Notes: generated by a model not told the origin, from the letters alone. DNA of 64,000 nt from an uncultured delta proteobacterium (GCA_963841435.1 CAWJCS010000005.1:672001-736000), one strand, 5' to 3'. Shown: positions 27,715 to 38,499, numbered from the stretch's first letter. Numbers and translations are program-made.

Positions 27715-28431
27715 CTACTCCGTCAAGTACGAGCGAACGCGCGACGCGAGGACGCTGTTCGGGTGGCGCTTCAGGAATGCGTCGGCGTGCTTCCCGGCCG
27801 CGGCCTTTTGCCCGCTCTTCGCGAGCGCATCGATGCGCAGTACCTCGGCCTCGAGGACGAGGCGCCCCCGCGGGTAGGTCCGCGCGTAGTCGTCGAGAAG
27901 CGATAGCGCATCGCTCGCGTCCCCCGAGCCGAGCCGTGCCCGCACCCGGTCGAGCGCTGCAAGCTCCTGAGCGAGCGAGCTTGCCGACGAGACACGCGGC
28001 TCGGCCACCTTGGACGGCGCGGCCGCCGGGGGTGCCGCCGCCTCGTCGCCGTTCGCGACCTCGGGCTCGGGGACGGCGGGCCGCGGTGTGGGCGCCGCGT
28101 GCGGTACCGGTTCCGTCGCCTGGGCAACGACGGGAGTCGCAGGTGCCGCAGCCGTCTCGCGGTGCTGCCAGACGTAGTAGCCCGCTGGCGCCGCCACCGC
28201 GGTACCGAGCCCCGACACCACGAGGAACTTCGCCCAACCCGCCTTGGCGAACAGCGCGGACGAGGCGCCGCCGGCCGTACCGGCCGTGAGCGCCGCCGAC
28301 CCCGCGACCCCGAGCGCCGCGAGCGTTCGAGCACGCACGGCGTCCGAGCTTCGATAAGAGGACCCCGCCTCGAGCAAGGCTTGCTCGAGCGCGCTGCCGC
28401 CCTCTTCGCGCAATCGACGCGGCCCGTTCAT
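27715..28431 (-). CDS. Putative anti-sigma factor (short cytoplasmic N-terminus, TM, Pro linker, TPR-like periplasmic domain)
   Basis: ATGA overlap with the ECF gene; LAQELAALDR..L, YARTYPRGRL..EA..LRIDAL, FLKRHPNS. Confidence 0.7.
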   Translation of the reverse strand: MNGPRRLREEGGSALEQALLEAGSSYRSSDAVRARTLAALGVAGSAALTAGTAGGASSALFAKAGWAKFLVVSGLGTAVAAPAGYYVWQHRETAAAPATPVVAQATEPVPHAAPTPRPAVPEPEVANGDEAAAPPAAAPSKVAEPRVSSASSLAQELAALDRVRARLGSGDASDALSLLDDYARTYPRGRLVLEAEVLRIDALAKSGQKAAAGKHADAFLKRHPNSVLASRVRSYLTE

Positions 28432-29111
28432 GGGCCCACCTTCGTCAGGCCCGCTTCGAGCGCCTGCACGAGGTCGCGAAACTGGGCGCGCGCGCGGCGG
28501 AGCCGCGAGGCCACCGTCCCGGACGGGATCGACAGCACGACGGCAATCTCGGCCATGCTGAGCTCTTCGAACTCGTAAAGGACGAAGACGGTACGCAAGT
28601 CGAGCTCCATCCCATCCAGTACCCGGTCGAGCAATCTTCGGGCACGCTTTCTGTCGGCAAGCTGCTCGGGAGTGGACGGGTCGACGAGCTCGGGAGCCTC
28701 GTCCGCCGCGACCTCGCGACGGCGTGCGGCGGTACGCCGCGCATGGGCCGCAACGTTGAGGGCTGTCTGCAAGAGGAAGCTCTTTTCCGACCCGTGTCGC
28801 ACGTCATCGAGACGGCGCGCGACCGTGATGAAGGTACGCTGCACCTCGTCGTCAACCTCGGCGGGCGGCGTACCGGCGTTGCGCAGCACGCGGGCGACGA
28901 AATCGATGTGCTCGTCAACCATGCGCCTCAGGCGTGACTCTCGCTCGCTCGCCAAATCCTTCGCGCGCAGGCTCGACCCGACGACGAGCGGACGCACGCC
29001 CGACTTCAGATCGACAAGCCCCGTGGGGGCGTGCAAGGCGAGCTCGGTCATCGATGAGTCTTCGGGAGCGCGGGTGGGCGCCGGGGGGCCGCTGGAGGGT
29101 GCGCGTTTCAT
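28428..29111 (-). CDS. ECF sigma-70 factor (start uncertain: 29132, 29111 or 29051)
   Basis: FVARVLR, VDDEVQRTF, RTVFVLYEFEELSMAEIA..L.IP.GTVASRLRRAR. Confidence 0.92.
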   Translation of the reverse strand: MKRAPSSGPPAPTRAPEDSSMTELALHAPTGLVDLKSGVRPLVVGSSLRAKDLASERESRLRRMVDEHIDFVARVLRNAGTPPAEVDDEVQRTFITVARRLDDVRHGSEKSFLLQTALNVAAHARRTAARRREVAADEAPELVDPSTPEQLADRKRARRLLDRVLDGMELDLRTVFVLYEFEELSMAEIAVVLSIPSGTVASRLRRARAQFRDLVQALEAGLTKVGP

Positions 29112-29197
29112 CAATTCCCGACCTAGTCCCAAATGATCACCTCAACTGCGGCGTCCGACAACCCGAGTCGCCAGAGAGCCTGGAAATTCCAGGGGAG

Positions 29198-30208
29198 TCA
29201 GAAGCGAACCGACAGGCCGACCCCCCCGAACGGCGAAACCGCCGGAGTTTCACCCAAGGGGCGCTCGGGCAGCCCGACGACGAATTGTCGCCTCGCGAAG
29301 GGTACCGTGAACCCTCCGGAAACCTCGAGCGCGACAGGATCGATTGGCAACCCCAGCGTGAGTGATCCGCCCGCGGCGTAGTACGCGCGGACGACGGAGG
29401 TCGTGTAGGACAAATCCTTACCCGCGGCGCCCAGCCACCCCGCGACGAACAACGCGCACGGCTCGACGGTGAGCACGTCACGGAGGGCCCAGCGTGCGGG
29501 GCAGCCCGCGAGCTCGAAGGCCGTCAGCCGGATGCTGGCGTCGTGCGGCTCGCCGAAAAGGTCGTTTTGCAGTCGCACGAAGTTGACGCCAATCGAGGGA
29601 CCCTGGTCGCTTTCGTCAACGAAGCGCAGCCGGGCGACCAGCTCACCGCCCACGGTGACGAACGACGAAACGACCTCGCCGATCATCACCTGCGCGCCGA
29701 GCTCGAGCGCGAGCGACAAGGGCTCGCTGTCGGTGGGCTCTTCCTCGGGTGGTGGTTCGGGCGGCGGCTCGGGCGGCGGCTCGGGCGGCGGCTTGCGCGG
29801 CGGCGGCTCGGGTCGCGGCTTGGGCGGCGCAAGACGCGCGGCGGGGTCGAGCGCGAGCGCGGCCGTGAGCGACAGTGCTTCGACAATCTCGTCGCAGGTC
29901 CCCCCATCGACGCGACGCGTGTCGCTCTCGCCGTGCTCGCCCAAGAGCCTGAGCTCACCGTGGGCGCTGCCGCCCGCCTCGTTCAGACGCACGCGCAGCT
30001 CCATGGCGCTCTCGCCCGGCGCAGCGAGCCGCACGCGGTCAGTGCGCGCTCGCACGCCCTGGTAGAAGGCTTCGAGGCTCGAGCAATCGCTCGGCGCTTC
30101 GAAGGCGATCCTGAGCGGGATGGGCGATGGCGGCGGCGGGGCGGCGGCGTCCGGAGTGCTGAGCGCGACGACGAGCTCGAGGAGCACGATGCCGCCACCA
30201 GAAGTCAC
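29198..30208 (-). CDS. Putative outer-membrane protein (Cys-paired N-domain, Pro linker, C-terminal beta-barrel)
   Basis: Two Cys in the N-domain, (EPPP)n linker, amphipathic strands, terminal GGVGLSVRF. Confidence 0.7.
   Translation of the reverse strand: MTSGGGIVLLELVVALSTPDAAAPPPPSPIPLRIAFEAPSDCSSLEAFYQGVRARTDRVRLAAPGESAMELRVRLNEAGGSAHGELRLLGEHGESDTRRVDGGTCDEIVEALSLTAALALDPAARLAPPKPRPEPPPRKPPPEPPPEPPPEPPPEEEPTDSEPLSLALELGAQVMIGEVVSSFVTVGGELVARLRFVDESDQGPSIGVNFVRLQNDLFGEPHDASIRLTAFELAGCPARWALRDVLTVEPCALFVAGWLGAAGKDLSYTTSVVRAYYAAGGSLTLGLPIDPVALEVSGGFTVPFARRQFVVGLPERPLGETPAVSPFGGVGLSVRF
29745..29812. repeat. 12-nt imperfect tandem repeat (TCGGGCGGCGGC)n encoding the EPPP linker
   Basis: About 5 copies directly visible. 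Confidence 0.7.
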
Positions 30209-30212
30209 GCCG

Positions 30213-31757
30213 TCAACCTGACACGAACCGCCCCGCGGGCGAAAGCCCTGCGATGGCCCCTGGCAGCTCGTCGGCCACCTCGTGCGCGAGGGCTCCGCGG
30301 TCCACCCCGCGCGCGCCCGCCAAGCGCTCCGCGGCCCGACCGTGGACGAAGGCGCCCGCGCACGCTGCCCGGTACGGATCGGCCGCGACCAGGAGCGCGC
30401 CGATGGCCCCGGAGAGCACGTCGCCCGAACCCCCGGTCGCGAGGATGGGATGGCCCGGCTCGCTCACGGCCACCCGCACGCCGGGCGCGCCGACGAGCGT
30501 CGGTGAGCCCTTGAGGAGCACCGTGGCCTGGGTGATTTCGACCGCTTTGGCGAGCGCGGAAAAGCGATCGCCTTCGATGTCGGCCGTGGTCATGCCGAGC
30601 AGCCTCGCGAGCTCCCCGGGGTGCGGGGTGAGGACGAGCCGGCCCGCCGCGGCCGCAAGGTCCCCGGCCCGCCCGGCGAAGTGTGTCAACGCATCGGCGT
30701 CAACCACGACCCGCCCGGTCCACGACGAGACGACGTAGGCGACGGCCCGCCGCGCGGCCTCGGACATGCCGACGCCCGGCCCCACGACCGCGGCGTCGGC
30801 GTGCTCGAGGAGCAGAGCGAGCGCGCTTTCGGGACCGCTGGGGTCGAGGCGTGCGGTCATGGCTTCGAGCACGCGCGTGTCGAGAATCGCCGCGGCTTCG
30901 GGTGGAGCAGCGATCGTGACGAGGCCCGCGCCCGTGCGCAGCGCGCCGTGTGCCGAAAGCAGCGCCGCCCCGATCTTCCCCGGCGAGCCGGCGACCACGA
31001 GCACCCGCCCCGAGCTGCCCTTGTGCGACAGCGCCCCACGCCGGGGGATCGCCGCCGCGGCATCGGCCGGCTCGAGCGCGGCGACACCGTAGCCGAGCCG
31101 CTCGGCGAGGCCGCCGGGGATACCGATGTCGACGACCTCGACGCGACCGCAGAAGCTCCGACCAATCGGCGTCTCGAGGCCGCGCTTTCGATGCGCGAAG
31201 GTGAGCGTCAGATCGGCATGCAGCGCGAAGCCGAGCGGCACGCCGCGATCGGCGTCGAGGCCCGACGGCAGATCCAGCGCCACGCGGGGGATCAACGCCG
31301 TGTCGAGCCGTTCGAGCACGGCGCGCTCGAAGCCCGCGATGTCGCGCGTGAGACCCGTGCCGAACACGGCATCGACGACGGCGTCGGCCGTCGAGAGCGC
31401 CCCGTCGAGCGCGGCAAGCGTGCCCGGGCCGAGCCGCTCGTAGACGCCGCCGAGCCCCGCGAAGCTTTCGAAGCTCGCTCGCGCATCGCCCTCGAGCGAC
31501 GCGGGATCGGGCAGGACGAGCACGCTCGGGCTCCTCCCGTTCACGAGCAGCCGCCGCGCCACGACGAAGCCGTCACCCCCGTTGTTGCCAGCGCCGCACA
31601 CGACGACGAAGCGCCTCGCGGACGGGTACGCGGCGAGCAGCGCCTCTGCTGCGCCACGACCCGCATTCTCCATCAACACGAGCGAAGGCACCCCGCCCTC
31701 CTCACTGGCGAGCCGATCGAGAGCTCGCGCTTCGACGCGCGACAGAACCGGAATCAC
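30213..31757 (-). CDS. nnr: Bifunctional NAD(P)H-hydrate epimerase/dehydratase
   Basis: LMENAG, GNNGGDG, DAVFGTG, DLPSG, HKG..G, VDADAL, TPHPGE, ATGGSGDVLSG. Confidence 0.95.
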   Translation of the reverse strand: MIPVLSRVEARALDRLASEEGGVPSLVLMENAGRGAAEALLAAYPSARRFVVVCGAGNNGGDGFVVARRLLVNGRSPSVLVLPDPASLEGDARASFESFAGLGGVYERLGPGTLAALDGALSTADAVVDAVFGTGLTRDIAGFERAVLERLDTALIPRVALDLPSGLDADRGVPLGFALHADLTLTFAHRKRGLETPIGRSFCGRVEVVDIGIPGGLAERLGYGVAALEPADAAAAIPRRGALSHKGSSGRVLVVAGSPGKIGAALLSAHGALRTGAGLVTIAAPPEAAAILDTRVLEAMTARLDPSGPESALALLLEHADAAVVGPGVGMSEAARRAVAYVVSSWTGRVVVDADALTHFAGRAGDLAAAAGRLVLTPHPGELARLLGMTTADIEGDRFSALAKAVEITQATVLLKGSPTLVGAPGVRVAVSEPGHPILATGGSGDVLSGAIGALLVAADPYRAACAGAFVHGRAAERLAGARGVDRGALAHEVADELPGAIAGLSPAGRFVSG

Positions 31758-31771
31758 CCAGCGACTCTGGA

Positions 31772-32521
31772 TCAGTCGCGCGCGGGTGTCGAGCCGCGCC
31801 GTGCGACGCCGCGGTCAACGGCGGCGCGCAAATCTCGCACGGCGCGATCGAGTCCGACGAGCACGGCGTCCGCGACCACCGCGTGACCGATGTTGAGCTC
31901 CTCAATCTCCGAGATGGCACTGATCGCGGGCACGTTGTCGCGCGTGAGCCCGTGACCGGCCGCAACCTCGAGACCGAGCTTCCGTGCATGGCCAGCCGCT
32001 CGCGCGAGCCGCGCGAGGCTCTCGGCGCGACCCGTGCCTCGCGCCTCGGCATACTGTCCCGTGTGAAGCTCGATCTGGCGCGCGCCCAGATCGACGCTCG
32101 CCTGGACTTGATCCGCGTCCGCTTCGATGAACAGGCTCAGCTTGATGCGCCGTGCCTCGCACGCGCGCGCTACCTTTTCCACCTGCTTTCGCGTCGCGAG
32201 CACGTCGAGACCACCCTCGGTCGTGAGCTCCTCGCGACGCTCGGGAACGAGCGTCACGACGTTGGGCACGATGCGCTCCGCAAACGCGATCATCTCGTCC
32301 GTCGCCGCCATCTCGAGGTTCAGCATCGTGGTCAGCGACTGGCGCAGGCGCTCGATGTCGGCGTCGCGCATGTGCCGGCGATCCTCGCGGAGGTGGGCGG
32401 TGATGCCGTCGGCGCCCGCGAGCTCGCAGAGCCCCGCGGCGAGCACGGGGTCGGGGTACACCGTGCCGCGGGCGTTGCGGATCGTGGCGACGTGGTCGAT
32501 GTTGATGTGGAGGCGGACCAT
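31772..32521 (-). CDS. pdxJ: Pyridoxine 5'-phosphate synthase
   Basis: NIDHVATIRNAR, HLREDRRH, TTEGG, ELHTG, AGHGL, ELNIGH. Confidence 0.97.
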   Translation of the reverse strand: MVRLHINIDHVATIRNARGTVYPDPVLAAGLCELAGADGITAHLREDRRHMRDADIERLRQSLTTMLNLEMAATDEMIAFAERIVPNVVTLVPERREELTTEGGLDVLATRKQVEKVARACEARRIKLSLFIEADADQVQASVDLGARQIELHTGQYAEARGTGRAESLARLARAAGHARKLGLEVAAGHGLTRDNVPAISAISEIEELNIGHAVVADAVLVGLDRAVRDLRAAVDRGVARRGSTPARD

Positions 32522-32695
32522 GTTTCCCGCGCAGCCTAGCCTCGCTCGGCGCCGTTCCAAGGGACAGCCGCACGATCCCGGTGGGGACAGACGGGGCGCC
32601 CGGCCCGCGCGCTGCGAAAGGCGGGCATTTCGCCCCGGTTTGGCAGGCGGCGGCTCGCCGTTCTGCCGGTCGGCTACGCTCCGCGAAAGAGCCGG

Positions 32696-33853
32696 GTGAC
32701 GACGACGCATCCCAAAGAGCGGCCCACACGGCGCGCGCGCCGCGTGACAGCGGCAATCGTCGTCGTCGAGGTCATCGGGTTCGCGCTCATCATCGCCCCA
32801 CCCGCGCCGAAGGCCCCGGTGCCGGCGCCGAGCGCGTCCAGCCGCGCACTTTTGGACCACACCTCCACGGCGGAGCCAGGCGACGCGGGCTCACCCGAAG
32901 CCCCGACGCCCGAGAGCGCGCCGCTGCCTTACGTCGAGCTCGACGGGGGCACGCTCGAGGAACGAAATGACGTGCTCATCGTCAACATGCAGCGCGTGCT
33001 CGGGCTCTCGGAAGAACAGGTGGGCACCATCCAGGCCGTCTTCGCGGGGTCGGATCGCATCGGCCAGGGGAACCCCAAGATCTCCCGCCATCCGCTCACG
33101 CGCGCCGAGTGCCTCGTGCGGCGCGCGGAGGCGCCCCACCTTGCCGCCGCGGATCCGCGCTGCAGCGCCCCGAACATGGTGCCGCTCTACGATCCTGGCG
33201 CGGGGCAAACGCCGGAGCAAGCGCGCGTCTGCATCGATCAGTTCGAGTTTCCGGACATACCCTGTGAGCTTCCGGTGGTGTGGGCGCGCGCCAACGAAGC
33301 AGAGGACCTTTGCCACGCCGTCGGCAAGCGACTCTGCGACGCGCATGAATGGGAAGGCGCCTGCGCTGGCGCCCTGAAGAGCCCGGAAAGCGAATACGCC
33401 TTCGGCGAGCGCCGCATCATGATGCAGTACCTCCACAACAAGAGCCGCGAGATCGTGTGGGCCTACGGCAAGGAGCAGAACCACGCGCTCTGCGCCACGG
33501 GCTCGGCCAAGAGCCCGAAGTGCTTCGCCGGCGGCTGGCACCTCTGCGGCACCAACGACTACCCCGCGGGCTCCTTTCCCGAATGCGTGAGCCCGCTCGG
33601 CGTCTACGACCAGCACGGCAACGCCGCCGAGCACATGAACTTCCCCATGAAGCCCGAAGAGCTCGGCAGTCGCGGCGGCTCCGGCGAAACGGAGATGAAG
33701 GGCAGCTGGTTCATCTTCGCGCACGCCAACGTCCACGAGGACGACTGCCGCTTCCGCGCCCCCGACTGGCACGTCACGCGCATCGACGACAAGAACAGCC
33801 ACAGAAACTACCACCTCGGTTTTCGCTGCTGTCGCGATTTGCCTGGCGGGTAG
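32696..33853 (+). CDS. Membrane-anchored Cys-rich FGE-sulfatase (SUMF1)-fold protein
   Basis: CIDQFE, C...GKRLC...EWE.AC, SPLGVYDQHGNAAE, KGSW, LGFRCC. Confidence 0.85.
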   Translation: MTTTHPKERPTRRARRVTAAIVVVEVIGFALIIAPPAPKAPVPAPSASSRALLDHTSTAEPGDAGSPEAPTPESAPLPYVELDGGTLEERNDVLIVNMQRVLGLSEEQVGTIQAVFAGSDRIGQGNPKISRHPLTRAECLVRRAEAPHLAAADPRCSAPNMVPLYDPGAGQTPEQARVCIDQFEFPDIPCELPVVWARANEAEDLCHAVGKRLCDAHEWEGACAGALKSPESEYAFGERRIMMQYLHNKSREIVWAYGKEQNHALCATGSAKSPKCFAGGWHLCGTNDYPAGSFPECVSPLGVYDQHGNAAEHMNFPMKPEELGSRGGSGETEMKGSWFIFAHANVHEDDCRFRAPDWHVTRIDDKNSHRNYHLGFRCCRDLPGG

Positions 33854-33937
33854 CCATGCTCGACGGCAGAGGGCGGCCCGAAGCGCACCACGTTCGTCAA
33901 CGGCGAGGCCGCGCGATCGAGCGCCGAGCCGGCGGGC

Positions 33938-36900
33938 TCACTCGCCGCCGGTTCCGAGATCCCAGTCTTCGCCCAACGTTTCGGCCTTGGGCGTCGGCAA
34001 CGGCTCGCCGTTCGGTCCGTCGCGGCGCACCACCATGGTGTGACGGGTCGCCGTGTCCTCGCTCTCGCGAGCGACGACCGTGATCACGTTCATGCCGGGC
34101 TGAAGCTCGGCGTCGAACGCGAACTCGAGCCGCTTGGGATCGGCAGCCTTGCGATTGGACTGGTAGAACACCTTGCGCGGGCCGACGAACACGAACACGT
34201 CGCGCACCTTGTCGCTGTCGGTCGCGTGCCCGGCGACGTGGATCTTGGTGTCGCGCGTGGAAAGGCTCGCGGGCGCCACGTCGAGCAGGGGCGGCGAGTG
34301 CGTGAGCACGGGCTCGAAAACGATCTTCGGAGCGCCCGCGGACGCCGGTTTCAGCGCGCGCGTCTCGACGAAACCGAAGCGCGCGTCCCCGAGGCTCACC
34401 TTGGTGAAATCACCGAGCTGACCGAGGCGCTGGACGACGGAGCCCTTGTCGAGCTGCCCGACGACGGGCGCCACGCCGATTGGCTGGCCGCGCACCGCCG
34501 CGAGGACGGGCACGCTCACGAAGCCGGAGCTCGGCGTCACGGGCAGGGCGCTCTTCGAGACGCTAAGCTTGGCCCGCTCGCTCGACACCACGCGCAGATC
34601 GCGATCGGCCACGCTGATCTCGACGTTGGCCGCCGGATTCTTGCAGGGAATCGAGCACGTCGAAGGTGAAGGCCACGTTCTTCACGTCGCCGGGTTTCAT
34701 GTTGGAGATGTCGAAGCGGCCCGCGTGCAAGAGCAGACCGTCCCCCGTGAGATTGCGCAGGTTCGCCTGCGTCTCGTAGGACGCGCCCTTCCCCACGTTC
34801 TTGACGTTGAGATACACGGTGACCCCCTCGCCGAGCGCGAGCTGCCCGTCGCCGTTGCCGGGCCGATTGTCGGCCACCTGGTAGTTGTAGGCGAAGATCG
34901 GGCGCGGCTCGGCCGTGATGGTGGGCCGGAGCTCGGCGTCGCGCGGTGGCTCGCCACCTTCGGCGAAGAACTGAATGCGCACGACGTCCGCGCGCGTGTC
35001 GGCGTCGAGCGGGACGCGGCACACGCGCTTCGCGTCCTGCGGCACCGGCTTGGTCGAGCCGGGCTTCTTGCCGTCGACCTCGCAGAAGCCGAGCGGCGCC
35101 GTGGCCGTCTTGGTCTCGCCGGGTCCGATGCGACCGAACGCGAGCTCCTTCTCGTCCCAGTAGGGGCCGTCGCTCTTCGTGACGGCGCGCAGCTGGTAAA
35201 TCGGCGCCTTCGACTTGTTCTTCACGGACACGCTGAGCGACATCCCATCGCCCGCGACGATGGTGTCCTTCGCGCGATCGGTGGACACCTTCACCTCGTA
35301 GTCGCCCGCGCCCGGACCGCCCGCGAAGTCCTTGGGTGGAGCGGCCCAATCGATGCCAAGCTTCGCGAGATCGGCGCTGATGGCGTCGATCTCGGCGGTC
35401 TGCAGCTTGTCGAGATAGCCCTTGGCGGCACGCAGCTGGTCGCGCCGCTTGCCGCCGCTCAGGCGGCTCACGAGCCCCTGCCCGACCTTGATCGCGAAAT
35501 CGAGCTCGAAATCTTCGTCGAGGTCGTCGCCACGATCGCGGATCTCCGCGCGCGCCTTTTCGGGCAGATCGTAGCGAAGCGTGAAGGTCGGGCGCTCGGG
35601 GTTTCGGCGCGCGGCGCCGCTCAGGCTCTTCGTGAGATCCCGCTCGCGTAGCGCGCGGTCGGAGCGGAAGAGGTCCATCTCGAGCACGTCGGCGGTCATC
35701 GGGTCGAGCTCGACGTCGGGCGTCACGCCCACGCCCTGAATCGAGTAGTCGCCCGGCGTGAGGTACTGGGCGATCGTCAGCTTGAGCGCGGCATTGTCGG
35801 GTGTGACGCGTGGAAAGACGAGCTGCACGCTACCCTTGCCGAACGTCGTCTGACCGACGATCACGGCACGATCCAGGTTCTTGAGCGCGCCCGCCACGAT
35901 CTCGCTCGCGCTGGCGCTGGCGCCGTTGACGAGCACGACGAGCGGGTAGTCGGGCTCGGTGCCGGGCCGCGTCGCGCGCTTCTCGTCGCGACCCTCCATC
36001 GCCCCCACGGTCGAGACGATCACGCCGTCGTCGAGGAAGCGGTCGGCGACGAGCGCCGCCTGTTCGAGCAAGCCCCCCGGGTTGCTGCGAAGGTCGAGCA
36101 CCAGGCCCTTGAGGCGCTCCTTCTTGCGCAGCTCCGTGAGCGCCTGGTCGAGCTCGTCGGAGGTGCTCGACTGGAACTGCTTGAGCCGCACGTAGCCGAT
36201 GCCTGGCGCGAGCGAGCGGCTCTCCACCGATTTGACCTGAATGTCCTCGCGCGTCAGCTCGAAGGGCCGCGAGCCTTGCCAACCCTCGGCGCCGTCACGC
36301 TGAATCCAGATCGTGACCTTGGAGCCGGGCTTGCCGCGCAGGCGGGAAACCGCGTCGTCGAGCGGCATGTTGAGTGTCGACTCGTTGTTGATCTTCGTGA
36401 TGCGGTCGAGCCGCCGCAGGCCCGAGCGGCCCGCGGGCGTTCCCGCCATGGGCTTCATCACCGTCAACATCTGATCGCGGATCGAGATCACGATGCCGAG
36501 CCCGCCGAAGTGCCCCGAGGTCGAGAGGTTCATCTCGCGGTAGGCCTCGGGGCTCAGAAACACGCTGTGCGGATCGAGCGTGCGCAGCATGCCGTTGCAC
36601 GCCGCGTATTCGACCTCGCGCAGATCCGTGCCCGTGCCCTTGAGGTGCAGCTGCAAGAACCCGAACACCTCGCGCAGCCGCGCCGCGACGTCCCACGGAC
36701 CCTGCACGTTATCGACGCGGAAATCTTTGGACTCGGTATCGACCTGCACCCAGACCTTGGCGTTCTTCTCGTCGAAGCGGACGATCACCTCGGCCACTTC
36801 CTTCTGGATCTGGTTGAGCGCGCTCAAGAACATCAGCCGCGGCTTCACGCGACCGGGGTCGACGTACTTGTTGCGGATCGTGTTGAGCGTTTCCTTGACG

Positions 36901-37079
36901 GCGAGCAGCTGCGTCAGATCGTAGGGCGCGGGAGGCTGCCCGGGCGCCGCGACCGCATGCGCCGCGGCGAGCCCGCGCCACAGGCCGCCCGTACCGAAAT
37001 GCAGGGCGAGGTACGACGCGACGCCGAACACGCCGAGGACCACGATCAAACGGCCCAGCCGTTCTAGAAAGCGCAGCAT
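33938..37079 (-). CDS. S41 carboxy-terminal processing protease with PDZ domain and long Ig/SH3-like C-terminal extension (MXAN_5808-like); frameshift near 34640
   Basis: LDPHS, GGLGI, LDLRSNPGG, SASASEIVAG, TFGKGSVQ; C-terminal part in ORF 33938-34612. Confidence 0.9.
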
Positions 37080-37114
37080 CGTCGGGGGAGTCTAGTACAG
37101 GCGGCCCGGCGAGG

Positions 37115-38311
37115 TCAGGGCGCCGGAGCCCGCGCCTCGGCCGCGATGCCGCCCGAGACGGCAGCGCCCTGCCCTCGTGCGCCTTGTGCGGCTCGGCTCT
37201 CTCCGGCCCCGGGATCCTGCACGGGGGCCGCGAGGTCATCACGTCGGATCGAGTACCGGACGAGCGCCCGGAGAGCCTTGTTGCGCTCCACGTTGCCGAG
37301 CACGAGCTTCAGATCCTCGTAGACCGAGGGGTCGACGAGCAGCGCGCCGAGCGTCCCCTTGCCGGCCCGCACGTCGGAGACGATCTCCTTCAGATCCTGG
37401 CTCACGGCGTTGAGGTTGTGCATCAGGGCCTGGGACTGGTCGTCGCCGTAGATGATGCTCCGTGCGACACCGTTGCCCTCCCGGATGCCCTTGAGCGTCA
37501 GGCGGAGCTCGTCGGCGGCACCGCCGAACTGCGCGATGGCCCGCTCCGAGTCCCCCTCGTAGAGCACCTGGTGCACGAGGCCGGGGCCGGTCCGGATCTG
37601 GGCAATCACCTGGTTGACGCCCGCCACCGTCTGGCTGAGCTCGCCCGTCGTCCGCTCGAGATTCGAGGCGATTTTCGACAGGCGCTCGGCCTCCGCGGGG
37701 TCGGAAAGGACGCGGCCGAGGTACCCCTCGCGCCGGTCGAGCGACCCGAGCACGCCGTTCAGCGACGACGCGACGCCCTTGATGTCGGTCGTCAGCCCCT
37801 CGTCCGACAGCGCGGCCGTGGTGCGCTCCAGGTTGTCCACCACCTTCTCCACCTTGCCGGGCAGCGCGGCGAACTTGCCCATCATGGCAGCCAGGTCCTC
37901 GCTCTCGCGCGCCTCGATGGGGCTACCGGGCGGCAGCACGGCGGTCTTCTCCGTGCCAATGCTGATGGAGAGCATCTTGTCGCCGAGCAGCCCCTTTCCC
38001 TCGATGGTGGCCACGGAGTCCTTCTTGACGCGCTCCGCCTGGTCCGAGAGCACGGCGAGGGTAACGTGGATTTTGCGGTCCTCGGTGTCGTTCCCGTAGC
38101 CGACCTTGGTGACGCGGCCGATGTCCAGGCCGCCCATGCGCACCGTCGACCCCACCGTCAACCCCGACACGTCGTGAAACGACGTCTCGAACTCGACCTT
38201 CTTCTTGAAGAGCTGCCGCTCTTCACCAATCAAGAAGATCACCCCGCCGATCGCCATCATCCCGGCGAGGACGAAAGCGCCCACTTTGTATTCGCGGCTC
38301 TTTCTTGCCAT
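37115..38311 (-). CDS. MlaD/MCE family protein with long helical region
   Basis: KVGAFV TM, GL.VGS.VR.GG..IGRV, GLLGDK, GKGTLGALL.D. Confidence 0.92.
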   Translation of the reverse strand: MARKSREYKVGAFVLAGMMAIGGVIFLIGEERQLFKKKVEFETSFHDVSGLTVGSTVRMGGLDIGRVTKVGYGNDTEDRKIHVTLAVLSDQAERVKKDSVATIEGKGLLGDKMLSISIGTEKTAVLPPGSPIEARESEDLAAMMGKFAALPGKVEKVVDNLERTTAALSDEGLTTDIKGVASSLNGVLGSLDRREGYLGRVLSDPAEAERLSKIASNLERTTGELSQTVAGVNQVIAQIRTGPGLVHQVLYEGDSERAIAQFGGAADELRLTLKGIREGNGVARSIIYGDDQSQALMHNLNAVSQDLKEIVSDVRAGKGTLGALLVDPSVYEDLKLVLGNVERNKALRALVRYSIRRDDLAAPVQDPGAGESRAAQGARGQGAAVSGGIAAEARAPAP

Positions 38312-38499
38312 ACGAGCGTCGAACAAGTGTTGCGCGTTCGGGGCCCGCCGTCACGTCTGCCCTTCACCACCCCCATTCCCGCGGGTCTTGCCTGCTCGAG
38401 GACCGCTTTTCCGTGACGGGCGATTCGAGCGCGTGTCTGGCTTCTTCGGCCCGACACGGCGCAAGTCGTTCGGCACCGCCCCGTGGTAAGTCCGTCGCC

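Noticed and set aside
32696-33853. FGE/CLec-fold gene as a diversity-generating retroelement target
   Set aside because: No reverse transcriptase and no template/variable repeat pair seen in the window
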